Origin: Proteromonas lacertae
Lineage: Eukaryota
Length of the DNA: 64,000 nt
Direction: 5' to 3'
Assembly: GCA_002245135.1 (NCBI GenBank)
Contig: NGBS01001161.1
Span: forward strand, 310,001-374,000
Shown here: piece by piece, positions 26,504-38,459 of the stretch
Numbering within the stretch: the stretch's first letter is position 1
Layout of the letters: each line of letters starts with the position of its first letter
Notes under the pieces: generated by a model
What the model saw: only the letters and a program-made list of their open reading frames with translations
Told to the model about the DNA's origin: nothing
Database searches by the model: none
Position numbers and translations under genes: made by a program

Positions 26504-27380
26504 ATGAATAGTATATTTTATTTTATTGCATTTTGATTAGCACGTAATTTGTTACTTCTTGTTCTTGCATTTAACTGCTGTTTTGCATGGGAACAAGTAT
26601 ACTTATCAACTTTTCTATCCATAGGTTGATAATTTTGTTAGAAACGTCGATTCAGCAAAATCGGAATGTACTGAAAGTGATAAATATGGAGTATGTGTTC
26701 TAATTTTTTTAATGTTGTGTAGGTACCTGATTCATGGTTTGCTAACATGGGAACTTATTGCCAAGACTTGTATTGATAATTCTATAATTCTTGCACTAGA
26801 TATGACAAAGGTATTAAACCATTATACAAGACATTTGATGCAAAAATGGTATATTATTGAATTTTATATTTTAGATGGCTTGCAAGACATTAAAACCATA
26901 TTATGTGAAGTATTATATAATTGAATTTATCATATGTTAGATTATGGAAACAAATTGATCACATTCAAAAGAAAGGTGAAAAATTATATCAAGATAAAAT
27001 TGGCAAGCACTTTGAAGATGACACTAATGATTGTATATATAAGCATATTAATACTATTAATAGATGGTGAAGCATTTAGAAATTTTGTAACATTTGGTGC
27101 TTGTTCACTCAATAAAATCTTTGGAGGTATGGGATATTTAATATTCGCTACAGTTGACACTTATTTGTTCGTAACAATGTGGTATACATTATATCAAATC
27201 TTATTTTGGCCATTAAGAGCAATGATAAGGTGTTGCTGTTGTAAAAAATCCAAAAAATTAGCTAAAAAATCTAATAATGCAAAGTTGAATAACGAAAAAG
27301 AAAACCCAAAGCCAAAAGTTGAAAGTCCAACAAAATCTGATAAAAAATCTTCAAAGAAAAATAAATCAAAGACAGAATAA
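26504..27380 (+). CDS. Hypothetical type I membrane protein (signal peptide, C-terminal TM, Cys cluster, KxKxx tail), 7 introns
   Basis: All seven GT-AG introns join in frame. Start MNTRNLLLLVLAFNCCFA, TM YLIFATVDTYLFVTMWYTLYQILFW, RCCCCK, ends KSKTE. Confidence 0.65.
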
Positions 27381-27501
27381 ATAGTTCATTATTATTATTA
27401 AGATTTTTTTTGATGATTTCTATATTATCTCTTATTTTCAATCATCATTTATAATTGAGGGATGAGAAAATTTTGAAAAAACGGGATTAATAATTTTCAA
27501 A

Positions 27502-28561
27502 ATGTTGTTGTTAGTTATGGGGTTGATATTGATAATGGTACTCTATTACTCCTTTTGGAGTGGATCAGTTAACCAGTATATATAATAATAAAGAGACCTT
27601 CGTTTCTTTATCTTTAATTAAACATTCTAATATGATTCATAGGAAGCCAGTAGAAATAAGCAACACTTCAGAAATTTTACCGCCAGTTCACAACATGGCT
27701 TACTATTTAAGCTGTATGATGGGTGGAATGATCAGTTGCAGTTTAACTCACAGTATAATGACACCAGTGGATTTAGTGAAGTGTGAAATGCAAGCAAATC
27801 CAACAAAATATTCAAGTTTATTAGATGGTTTATTAAAAATCAAAGAAAGACATGGATGGACTACACAAGGTGGTTTATTTCTAGGTTTTGTACCAACTTT
27901 CGTAGGTTATGCATTTGAAGGTACAATGAAATTCGGTTTATACGAAATTTTCAAAGATTTCTATAAATGGATATTCGGAACTGGATGGAAAGTGTTATTA
28001 TATCTAATTGCATCATGCACAGCTGAATTCTTCGCTGATATATTCCTCTGCCCATTCGAAGTGATTAAAGTTAGAATGCAAACTCAATCTACAGATGAAG
28101 GTTTTCCCTTTACTTTACAAGGCGCATTCAAGGTAATCAGTAAAGTAGAAGGTTATAGAGGCTTTTATACTGGTATAGTTCCTTTATGGTTAAGGCAAAT
28201 TCCCTATACGATGGTCAAATTCACTGTTTTTGAACGAATAGTTGAAATGTTTTATGATTATATATTTACATCACCAAAAGCTTCTTATAGTCCTGGTTTT
28301 CAGTTGGCTATATCTTTTATTAGTGGATTTTTAGCAGGTATTATGTGTGCTATTATTAGTCATCCTGCAGACACAGTAATGACAAAATTGAATCATAATA
28401 AAGGTAGTACCTTTAGTGGAATAATGAAAGAAATTGGTTGTGGTGGTTTGTGGAGAGGTATTGGTCCTAGAATTGTATTGATTGGTACATTAACAGCTTG
28501 CCAATGGTATATTTACGATTTGTTTAAAACAACAATGGGTTTAGGAACAACTGGCCATTAA
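27502..28561 (+). CDS. Mitochondrial phosphate carrier (SLC25A3/MIR1-like) with a probable hydrophobic N-terminal extension
   Basis: SCSLTHSIMTPVDLVKC, KFGLYEIFK, AEFFADIFLCPFEVIKVRMQT, PLWLRQIPYTMVKF and SHPADT. Upstream exon joins via intron 27576-27642. Confidence 0.92.
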
Positions 28562-28707
28562 ATGTTAGTTTAACAATTTAATTTAATTAGTAAGATATTT
28601 TTCTTAGATTTGTTTGTTTATCAAAAAAATGAACAATAAACACGAGTCAAAACTTGATACGTTTTTAGAATCTTTTTCTTAAACAAGCTATTCATTCATT
28701 CTATAAA

Positions 28708-29963
28708 ATGGTATTTGGATTAATTAAGGAATTAAGAATTAAACAATTAGCTCGTAAGTTTAAACCAAAGAATGTATCCTTTTTTAAAGAATTATGTTGT
28801 GCCTAGTTTTTAAATATTTCAGTTCTTGGAGCAGCTGGAGGTATAGGGCAGCCTTTGAGCCTTTTAATTCGTGAAAGTCCTTACTGTAATGAATTAAGAT
28901 TGTATAACTATAAATGTTAAGCTTATTAGATATGATATAAATCGAGTTGAAGGTATTGCAACAGATTTATCACATTGTAATGTGGAAGGTGAAGTATTTT
29001 CAGAACATCTATTTTTAGGTTTATGCTTTCAACTCTGCAAATTTAGTCCCATGTTTAAAAGGTGCTGATATTGTTGTCATTTCAGCAGGAAAACCAAGAA
29101 GTCCAGGAATGACAAGAGATCAATTATTTGAAACAAATGCAAAGATTATAGCTGATTTAGTTTCTACAAGTGGTCAGTATATATGTAATTAAGATAATAT
29201 AAAATAGAGTATGTCCAAAAGCTAAAATATTGATAATAACAAATCCAATTAATTCTGTAGTTCCATTAGCTGCAGAAGTGCTAAAGAAAATTGGTGTTTA
29301 TGATCCAAAGAGATTAATGGGAATAACAAAATTAGATGGAATTCGTTCAATCACATTCTTGTCTGAATTAATCAACAAACCACCAAAATCAATGATAGTC
29401 CCGGTTATTGGAGGACATGCTGGAGAAACAATAGTTCCATTATGGTCAAAAACACATAGACCTCTACAATATGGAGTTAAACCACCAGGAGTATATATTT
29501 TTCTTTCTCTTTATTTATTTCTAGTTCAAATACAAATCATTTACAAAAGAACAGTTGGATGAATTGACACATGATGTACAATATGGTGGTGATGCTGTAG
29601 TTCAAGCTAAACATGGCTCAGGTAGTGCTACTTTAGCTATGGCATATTCTGGTGGTATGTTTGTTGAGAAATTAGCCAAAGCCATGAATGGTGAACCAAA
29701 TATTTATGATTATGCATTTGTAGATACTACAAAAGAAGCTACTCCATTTTTTTCGACTAGATGCAGATTAAGTGTATTATAATATTCATAATTTATTTCT
29801 ATTCTTTATCTAGCAAGATGGTATTGAAGAAGCTTATCATATAGAAGATCTTGCACCTCGTGAAGCTGAAATGGTACAGAAGATGTTACCAACTTTGAGG
29901 AAACAAATTGATAAAGGTGTTGAATACGGTAGAAAATACGAAATCAAACCAGTGAAAAAATAG
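28708..29963 (+). CDS. MDH2: Malate dehydrogenase, mitochondrial/glyoxysomal (MDH2) type, 6 introns
   Basis: [46 protein letters not shown] and [13 protein letters not shown], with a basic N-terminal extension. Confidence 0.93.
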
Positions 29964-30113
29964 AATTCGTTGTGTTTGTGGTGTATTATTGTTTATATTA
30001 ATATTTCTGTAAAATTTTATAAATATTGTTGTGATGTGAGGAGAAAATGAGTAAAAAAGATAAAACAGCATCAAATTTTTCTCAAACTCTTTGAATTTTA
30101 ATAACCTTAAATT

Positions 30114-30580
30114 ATGTCTGTTTTAGGTTCCAAAACAGTCGGAATTCCTACTGTATTGATTCATGAAGCAGATGGATTGATAGTGACTGTTGAAATGCTA
30201 GATGGTGTTATTTATCAAGGATATCAAGAAGAGAGTGAAGATACTTGGAATATAAAACTAATGAATGTCACATGCTTTCTTACAGATGGTTCTCAAATAT
30301 CTCTAGAAAAAATATACCTTCGTGGTGCTCAGATCTTGTTTGTCATATTACCTGATATATATCTTTTATGAAAATGTAAATACAACACTTATATATTTTC
30401 TTAATGATTTTATGTTAGGCAAATCACCAATGTTTAAAAGAGTAATTCAATTCAAGAAAGGAAAGACTTCACCTTCCACATCAGATAGAACAACATCTAA
30501 AGTACTTAAAGGAGATAGTATTTATTCATCTATTTTTATATTTCGTAGTAAGCTTGAAAAGTAAATATACAATTCGATAG
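30114..30580 (+). CDS. SNRPD3: Sm D3-like snRNP core protein (divergent, no RG-rich tail), 2 introns, the first non-GT-AG
   Basis: GIPTVLIHEADGLIVTVE...IYLRGAQILFVILPD|MLGKSPMFK matches SmD3 (GVPIKVLHEAEGHIVT...FLILPDMLKNAPM). Confidence 0.85.
30359..30413 (+). other. Putative U12-type (minor) intron with AT-AT termini, 55 nt
   Basis: 5' ATATCTTTT and branch-like TTCTTAAT near the 3' end. Removal restores ILPDMLGKSPMF. No GT-AG intron preserves the Sm2 motif. Confidence 0.72.
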
Positions 30581-30699
30581 TTTTTTTCCTTTTAATTCAA
30601 ATAAATATATCTATTATTAGTAATGAAATAACGAACTGTTTATTGGGATATTATTGTTGCCATTTTAAATAACAAATAGAAATTACAAAATAATTTACT

Positions 30700-32144
30700 T
30701 TAATGTAACAATAACATCCCCCTTTCCCCTGAATATTTATATCCACCTTTTTTCAAAAAATTATCAACAGCAGGACGTAAAATGGCTTTTTTATTTTTTG
30801 AATGATTTCCTACTCCTGTAATTATCTTTAATTCTTTTACACCATGAGATTTACATCTAGCAATTGCATCTTGTATATATTTTATAGCAGTTTCTTGTGT
30901 TTGTTTATGTACATCACATTTATCCATTGCTTTATTCTTTTCATCAAAAATTATCTCACATTTCTTTAACAGTAGTTCTTTAAATCTTTTTTTATCTTCT
31001 TTTACTCTTTCCATTTCAAAATTACCTGCTTCTCTTTTATTATTTCGATAATACTGTTGAGCATGAGCAAATCTATTTTTTATTCTCTCTTCTAATTTTG
31101 ACATTTCATTTTCTATAGATTCTTTATCATCTTCATAATCTCCTTCTACATTTACATCTACAACTTCTATTTTTGGTGGAATAAATGGTTTTATTGGTTT
31201 AGGCTTAGGTATATACTGCATTTCTAAATACTCATTCTTTATTATATTTTCTGTTATTGTTGAATTCATATCATTGTCCAAAAAAATATCAATAATTATT
31301 GATGAATCTATATCTGGAAATTCTTCACATAAATTTTGTAATTTCATTTTTTCAGCTAATGTAAAATCTCTATCTTGTATATAAGATGATGCAGGTAGTA
31401 GTGGCGGTGGTGATGGTGGTGGAATAGATGTTTGATAAAATTCATTTCCTAGATGTGGGAAAAGAATATTTGTATCATTTTTGTTTTTGCTTTTATTTTT
31501 ATTTTTCTTCTTAGATTTTCCTTTATTATTCTTTTTGGTTATTATCTCATTTATATATACATTACCTTCTGATACTGCAAATAACAAATCCATAGCATCT
31601 TCAAAATTTCTACTACAACTATTAACAAACACTTCTTTTATTTCTTCTTTTCTAATTGCAGGAAACATTTCACAAAGTGTCATAATCTGATCTTCATCTT
31701 TATCTTTCAATGACTCTAATATTGGATCTGGTGGTTTAGGTATTAGAACATCAGGTTTAGGCAGTGGTGGAAATTTAGAATCAAGAGATGATGTATTTAA
31801 TGAATTTTGCAGAGTTTGTTTTGTTTTTTCTAAATCGTTGTCACAATCAAAATATGCATTTATTACTTCGTTTCTATTTAAATCACTGAATGTTCTCAAT
31901 AAATCTTCTAATTCAGGCCTACCGTAATTAACTAAAATTTATACATTTCTTGAATAATATCTCCTGATGGTATAATTTTTGATATATATCCTTGTTCAGT
32001 CAGTCTATCGAATGTTTCTTCTATATTTTGTTGAGTTTCATACCACAAATCTTCTACAAGCTCTGCTGGAGCTTCAAAATATTCTTTCAAGAAAACTAAT
32101 CCTTCTTCTGTTTGACCTGACTCTCTATATAAACAATCTTCCAT
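30700..32144 (-). CDS. CUE-domain + Smr-domain protein (Cue2/N4BP2/NONU-1-like no-go-decay endonuclease)
   Basis: CUE-like motifs LCEMFP and LCEEFPDID. Smr motifs DVHKQT and KIITGVGNHS...LRPAV. One 26-nt intron near 31919-31944. Confidence 0.85.
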
Positions 32145-32289
32145 GTTATGAGGTAATTATTATTTTCTAAAAAATATATTCGTTTCAATCAACAATTTTT
32201 TTTAACTCTATACGGAATTTGCATATTTACTCATTTGTTAATACCAATTTTTACATTAATAAAGAAATAATTAATAAAATAATAAAAAT

Positions 32290-33413
32290 CTACTTCTTCT
32301 TCTTCTTTCCTCCCTTCTTCTTCTTCTTCTTTGTTATATTTCTAAATATACTGTTAAATACATCAGGAGGAAGTGTCTGATCACAAGTAAACTGTAGAGT
32401 ATGGTCGTTTGTCTCTACATTCAAGAATGGCTGTAAAGCTTTAGCTCCTTCCTCAGTAATTAAATTTCTTTCAAAAAATACATTTATTAATACCATATTA
32501 TCAAACATCATTTGACCAAACAGAGTTAATGCATCTGTTAGTTTTTTTGTCACTGGAAATTCACTTATATTATTATCACACAAATTTATTGTCGTTATTT
32601 TTGTATTTCTTCTTAAAGCATTCGCTAAAATTATTAATCCGTTAATTCCAAAACCATTTCCTTCCAGATATAACTCCAATATTCCACTATTCTTCTCCAT
32701 TATTAATTCTGCTAAACCACCACATCCCACTTCTTTTATTCCACAAAAATTAAGTGACAATTTCTTTAAAGTGACATTTGTTAGTAATCCTTTACACAAT
32801 CCTACACATCCATCATCACCTATTGGATTTTGATCTAAAATAAGACTTTGTAAAGACATATTATATCCAACTGAAAGAACTCTACCAATTTCAGTGGCAC
32901 CTTCATGTCCAATATTATTATAAGTTAAATCTAAACACTGAAAAGGCATTTCCATTGTTTCACATTGTTGAAGTAAATTCGCAAAAGCTAAAGCACCTGC
33001 ATCGCAACAATTGCATTTCCACAAACGATAGTTCTTACAAAATGGCCAAGGTTTATATTTAAACGGAGTTGTTCCTAAACTTTGTGCCATTATTGCGTTT
33101 ACTATTGCTCTTGTTCCGGCTGGACCTAAATTTTCGTCTGAAAAACAAAACTATTATAGGATAAGCAAGATAAAGAGTATACTTGTGTTAATGGAGCTTC
33201 TCGATCTTCCTCTGGAACTAAATATTTTTTCATTGATGTTAGAGGTTCAATTCCAAGTTGACCACATATTTTTCTGTACATTATACACACAAATTCCTCA
33301 GATGGTTCACCTAACAGCAATAAAAATAACTACATACTTATATCTTCCTTCTTTTTCCTGGATCCTCCACCTTTTTTGGACTATTAAAGAGTAGATATAA
33401 AGAAATATACCAT
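32290..33413 (-). CDS. RNI-like leucine-rich repeat protein with polybasic C-terminus, 3 introns (first exon is ATG only)
   Basis: LDLTYNNIGHEGA, LILDQNPIGDDGC, LSLNFCGIKEVGC and LYLEGNGFG. Ends KKKKKKGGKKKKK. Confidence 0.8.
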
Positions 33414-33567
33414 TTTAAAAAGAATCAAAACGGTTTTAGTTTGGCTTGGTTTATGATTTTATTTATTTCAATTTTTCTAATCAACAGTAGATTTAAAAAC
33501 ATACTATATTAGTTATAATACAATAATTCGGAAAAATGAAGGTAATGATCTACTACATAAATAGAAA

Positions 33568-34929
33568 CTAATGATGACTTTTATTATGTTTCTTATTCTT
33601 CTTATTCTTCTTTTGATTATTACTAATTTTCACGTCATTATTGTGATTATATTCTTTATATGGACTATGTGAAGTTCTGCTTATGTGATTTCTTATTTGA
33701 GTATGCTTTATATGATGGATTTGGTTGTATTATATCCTCTGAAGGTTGTTTATAATTTTTATAAAAGTTTTCTTCACTATTATAATCATTATAATGAGAT
33801 TTCCTAATTCTTTTCTTCTTAGGATCATTTATACATCCCATCCAGGTATGTCCACTCTTTCCGCAATGTGCACAATACAATTCTTTACTTATATTTGGCT
33901 GATGATGATTACATTTCTCATATCTTTGTTTAAAACAAACAGGACATCTCAAACTATAACTATCAAATGAAGATATTTTCATATTCAAAGGACAATTCTA
34001 TAATCATAATAAATAATAATAATAATTTATATACAACATCTGAATGTCCTTTTACATTACACAATATACAAGATAATATTCTTTCTTTAGAAGTTAATGT
34101 ATTTTTACATTTATAACTAATATGACCAATATTACCACATTTTGAACAAACAATAAAATTACACTTCTCTGTAGTATGAGTTACTCTTCCACAATAATAA
34201 CAAGGTTTAGCTGCTGGTGGATTTGGACATTCTCTTTGTGTATGACCAACTTGATTGCAATTGAAACATATTGTATTTGTATCTACTTCATGAAAATATC
34301 TCTTTAATGCGTGTCTTTGAGATTGTTTCTTTGATTTGTTATCACTACTTTCTTCTACTTCTCCTTCTTCTTTTTCTTCTTCTTCTTTTGGCTTTTCTTC
34401 TTCATCTTCATTATATTCTTCTTCTTCTTCTTCATAATTATTATCATCATCATCATTTTCATCATCTTCTCCTTCTTCTTCCTCTTCTTCATTTTCAGTA
34501 TCTTCCTCTTCTTCATTTTCAGTATCTTCCTCTTCATCATCTTCTCCATCATTCCTCTTCTTCATCTTCTTCTTCACTTCCAGAAATGTTATCATTTCCT
34601 TCATTCTCTTCTAAATCACTAAGATTAATTTCTAAACTGCTTTCTATAGAATAGTTTAAACAATATACCATCTTCTGAGTTAGTATTTTTGAGTGGATCA
34701 CTTTCTATAAGAAATTAGTCATTAATTATACCTAATTTTGATTTTACAAATACTTTTTCAAATTCTTCAGATGGTTCATCAGATTCAGAACCATCTCCTT
34801 TATCATTTTCTTCAACATTTTCTTCTTCCATCATATTATCATCATCTTCAGAATTGTCAGATTGATCTCCTATATTTAAATCCAATTTTGGATCGTCTAA
34901 CACTTTATAGTAGGAAATATACAACTCAT
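33568..34929 (-). CDS. CCHC zinc-knuckle protein (Air1/2 / ZCCHC7-like, TRAMP) with acidic N-terminus; apparent frameshifts at ~34554 and ~33675
   Basis: Knuckles CFNCNQVGHTQREC, CYYCGRVTHTTEKC, CSKCGNIGHISYKC, CILCNVKGHSDVNC and CAHCGKSGHTWMGC, preceded by RYF. The end is 33665 as written, or 33568 if the second shift is an error. Confidence 0.75.
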
Positions 34930-34983
34930 TTCAATTTCTTTTTCAAGCAAGCTTGTTTACAAATTTGCCTTTTTGAAGAGCTG

Positions 34984-36202
34984 ATGGATGTAGATTATGC
35001 TGTAATTGATGCAGAAATGACTAGAATGACTAAATGGATCGGATATGTCAATAAAGATGCATTTATAGTATAGTTTTATTGATATTATTATAGGTGGATG
35101 AAAATAAAGAATATAAAGCAACATTTGATGAATCAATACCGGGTTTGAAATGTTGCTCATCGTATACTATTTAGTGTATATGTTTGATTAGTTGTGGTGA
35201 AGAAGATGATAATTTTTTCACGCCTACTACTTTACTGAAACATTGGAATATAGAATGCAATAGTGAAGAAGTTTGGAGTAAATTATTCTATGATGATGGT
35301 GATGAAGATAATATACCTATATATGAAGTAGAAAGAATGAAATATAAAAGAAAAGCAAGGAATAAGTATTTATATAATTATTAACTATCATTAATTATAG
35401 ACGAATTGAGGCATTTCATGAGGTGAACAATACAAAACATAGAAAATCAACAAAAAGAAACAATAATGATCAATATCATAATGAAAGAAGAAAATCATAT
35501 GATAATAATACAATAATAGATAATTATAGTGATGATGATAATGACAATGATAATAAACTATTAATTGAAACAAAAACTCAATCATCTGAAGATAGTGAAG
35601 AAGAAACAATTGGTGTATTGAGAAATAAACTTAAATCACCAATCAAATCATTATTATTATCATCATCATCTAGTAATGAAAATAGTAAGAAGAAAAAGGA
35701 ATATAAGAAGAAAAAGAGTGATGAGGAAGAGGAAGATGAATATGTTGATAATGTTGATAACAAATACGATGATGAAGAAGATGAAGAAGATGGATTGGAA
35801 GGATTAGAAGAAGAAGATGATGATGATATAGATTATGCAGTTAAGAGAAAAAGTAATAATAGTTATAGTTACAGTGGCAGTAATAGGAAAAATAAAAAGG
35901 TTAAAAAAGAAATATATTATAATGATGAAGAAGTGGAGGAAGAGAAAGATGAGATAGAATTTAATAATAAACATAACAGAAGTGAAAAAGTACACAAGAA
36001 GAAATATTTTAATCAGAAAAAGAAAACGATTGGTGAAGATAAAAGTGAATATAAAATATGCACTGAAACAATATTTGATCGTAAGAGTTTAGAGTTGTAT
36101 TTATTAAATCATGTTATTAGAGCTTATGTTGTAGAAAAATTGAAAGAAAGTGAAAGAAAAAGTAAAAAACGATTAACTTTTACATCTATTTTAGCTGAAT
36201 AA
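34984..36202 (+). CDS. Hypothetical nuclear protein: N-terminal SAND/TDBD-like Cys-His module plus acidic/basic low-complexity region, 3 introns
   Basis: Spliced GLKCCSSCGEEDDNFFTPTTLLKHW...VWSKL resembles GIxCxCxxC...FSPxxFxxH...W. Confidence 0.55.
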
Positions 36203-36343
36203 CATAGTTTTTTTTTATAATTATTATTTTATCAAAAACAAAATATACTTATAATAATATAACAAATTTTGTTTTATATATATTTTATTATTTCTATAAG
36301 TCGAAATTATTATATTTTATTATATATTTATAATTATTTTATT

Positions 36344-38125
36344 CTATAAGTCATATTCAGAGGGATCTACTCCACCTTCACTTTCACTATCACTTTTATC
36401 ACTTCCATCTTTCTTACCAGCTTCACCACTATTACCATCTTTATTATCTTCTTTCTTTTCTTTCTTATCTTCTTTATCAGAATCATCACTGTCACTATTA
36501 TCACTTCCATCTTCATCATCACTGGCAATATATTCAAAGAAATCACAAGCATTTGCTAAACGTATTCTTGCTTCTTTCATACTCTTATCATCACTTTCTT
36601 CATGAATATTATTTAGGAATTCAATCCATGTTAATTCACTTCTAACAGCTAATGCAGTCTGTAACCTAGCAAAGACACCCATTGTCTTTCGGAATTGTTT
36701 ATTTCTATATTCTACGAACTTCTTCAATTCACAGTGAACAATAGCTTTGTTAATATTAATTAATTCATATCTAATCATATGAGTTTGTTTTTCTAATATT
36801 TTCACTTGTTCTGCTGCTTTCCTTGCTTTGTCTTTTTGACGTTTTTGTTTCATTTTCATTACTTCAAAATCTTTATTATCCTTCTGAGTCCATACTTCCT
36901 TGAATTCTTCAGCTAATGTCTTTCTACGTGTGAATAAGTCTTGTAGTGCTAATACATGCTCTAATTGATCTTGTAATTCATACTGTAACTCTGGAATAAT
37001 CTCTTGAGGATTGAAGAATTCTAATTGATGCCAATTATTAGTTACTTTCTGTAATTCGTTTAATGTATCAACAAATTCTTTATGTGATGCTGTAACACTA
37101 TCTTCTACTCTTAAACTCTTCACATTTGAGTCTTTTCCAATATTGAAATATGTTTTTAAATCTTGTTGCAATTGGTTAGTGATCATTGCATAACTAGATC
37201 CTCTTACAACCATTTGTTTTACTGTTTCTACACATTTTGTTAATATATTCACAGTTTCATCTACTTTACCACTAAACGCTCTTAATTCAGGATCAATATT
37301 TTGAGGAGCAGTTAAATGTCTTAAATATTCATGCCATCTAAATAAACCTTCATTCTTACGATCATCTTCTACTTTCTTTGGGTTTTTCTTCATCAATGAT
37401 GTCATATTATTGAATATATTTTGTGGTTTGGTTATATCACTTAAACTGAATAATGTGTTGGTGTTATCTTTCTTTAATAAATCCCATTCACTTTGACTTA
37501 ATTTGAGAAAATCTAATAATAAGTTATCACTTCTAATATATGGATTTAGTGCTAATTTATTTAAGAATCTTTCTAATCCCTTCATTCTTACTTCTACGAA
37601 CTCACTCTCGGTGTTGTTTACCACTTTCTTAGGTGGCATTGATTCGAATAATACTGCAGGATATCTTTGAATTAAGGCATATAAGACCCATTCAATATCA
37701 CTGTATCTTCTACGAACTCCCCATCCTGCTGGTAAGGTAGATACCAAATAAGTGATATATGGCTTTAACCTATTTCCTTCTTTTATTGGCTCACTTACAG
37801 TAATTTTCATTGACTTTTTATTCACTTCTTTAAGCCATTCTTCATGTTTTACTAGATATGCATTTCTTTCTTCTTCTGGGAGATCATCAAATGATGGTAA
37901 TCCTTTGGCAGTCTTACCACCCTTCTTTCTTTTATCATCAGCATCTATATATAATAAACTATTAAATAAAACTACAATACCTGAACCTGAAGATGAACCA
38001 CTACTTGAACTGCTATCACTACGACTTCGACTAGATTCCCTGCTGCTGGCACTGCTTTTACTTGAATTACTTGATTCGCTGTCACTACGGCTTCGACTGT
38101 CGCTATCACTATCACTTGAAGACAT
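36344..38125 (-). CDS. Sorting nexin, PX-BAR (Vps5/SNX1-like)
   Basis: PX motifs YITYLV, VRRRYSD, MPPKK and FVEVRMKGLERFL, followed by a helical BAR region. Ser-rich N-terminus and acidic C-terminus. Confidence 0.88.
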   Translation of the reverse strand: MSSSDSDSDSRSRSDSESSNSSKSSASSRESSRSRSDSSSSSGSSSGSGIVVLFNSLLYIDADDKRKKGGKTAKGLPSFDDLPEEERNAYLVKHEEWLKEVNKKSMKITVSEPIKEGNRLKPYITYLVSTLPAGWGVRRRYSDIEWVLYALIQRYPAVLFESMPPKKVVNNTESEFVEVRMKGLERFLNKLALNPYIRSDNLLLDFLKLSQSEWDLLKKDNTNTLFSLSDITKPQNIFNNMTSLMKKNPKKVEDDRKNEGLFRWHEYLRHLTAPQNIDPELRAFSGKVDETVNILTKCVETVKQMVVRGSSYAMITNQLQQDLKTYFNIGKDSNVKSLRVEDSVTASHKEFVDTLNELQKVTNNWHQLEFFNPQEIIPELQYELQDQLEHVLALQDLFTRRKTLAEEFKEVWTQKDNKDFEVMKMKQKRQKDKARKAAEQVKILEKQTHMIRYELININKAIVHCELKKFVEYRNKQFRKTMGVFARLQTALAVRSELTWIEFLNNIHEESDDKSMKEARIRLANACDFFEYIASDDEDGSDNSDSDDSDKEDKKEKKEDNKDGNSGEAGKKDGSDKSDSESEGGVDPSEYDL

Positions 38126-38459
38126 TACCTATGTACAGTATAAATGAATGGTCTATTTTAATAAGTTTAATTCAATCTACAAAGCTCTATAATATACTTT
38201 AATTGAGCAAGATATGATCCAAAACCGACCAATCAGATGAATTTAATTCTTAATTGCAAAATATTTGATCGTTTCAAGTCATGAAACGGATAAGTAATTC
38301 ATAATACATTATCTAACAATATACAGAGTTATATACTCAAATGAAAATATGTGTTAATTGTTATGCATTTATCACATTAAAATTCATCCATATTCAACAG
38401 ATTGTTACAGAAATATTAAAATGTTTTAAATTAGTTACTTTATTTAATATATATACGAT

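Noticed and set aside
27502..29963. Operon-like cluster of mitochondrial genes (phosphate carrier + MDH)
   Set aside because: Only two adjacent genes, separated by a normal 3' TG tract, so chance adjacency suffices.
34271..35995. Antisense or alternative-frame ORFs rich in Leu/His/Ser or Lys/Met
   Set aside because: They are shadows of GAA/GAT acidic low-complexity coding sequence.
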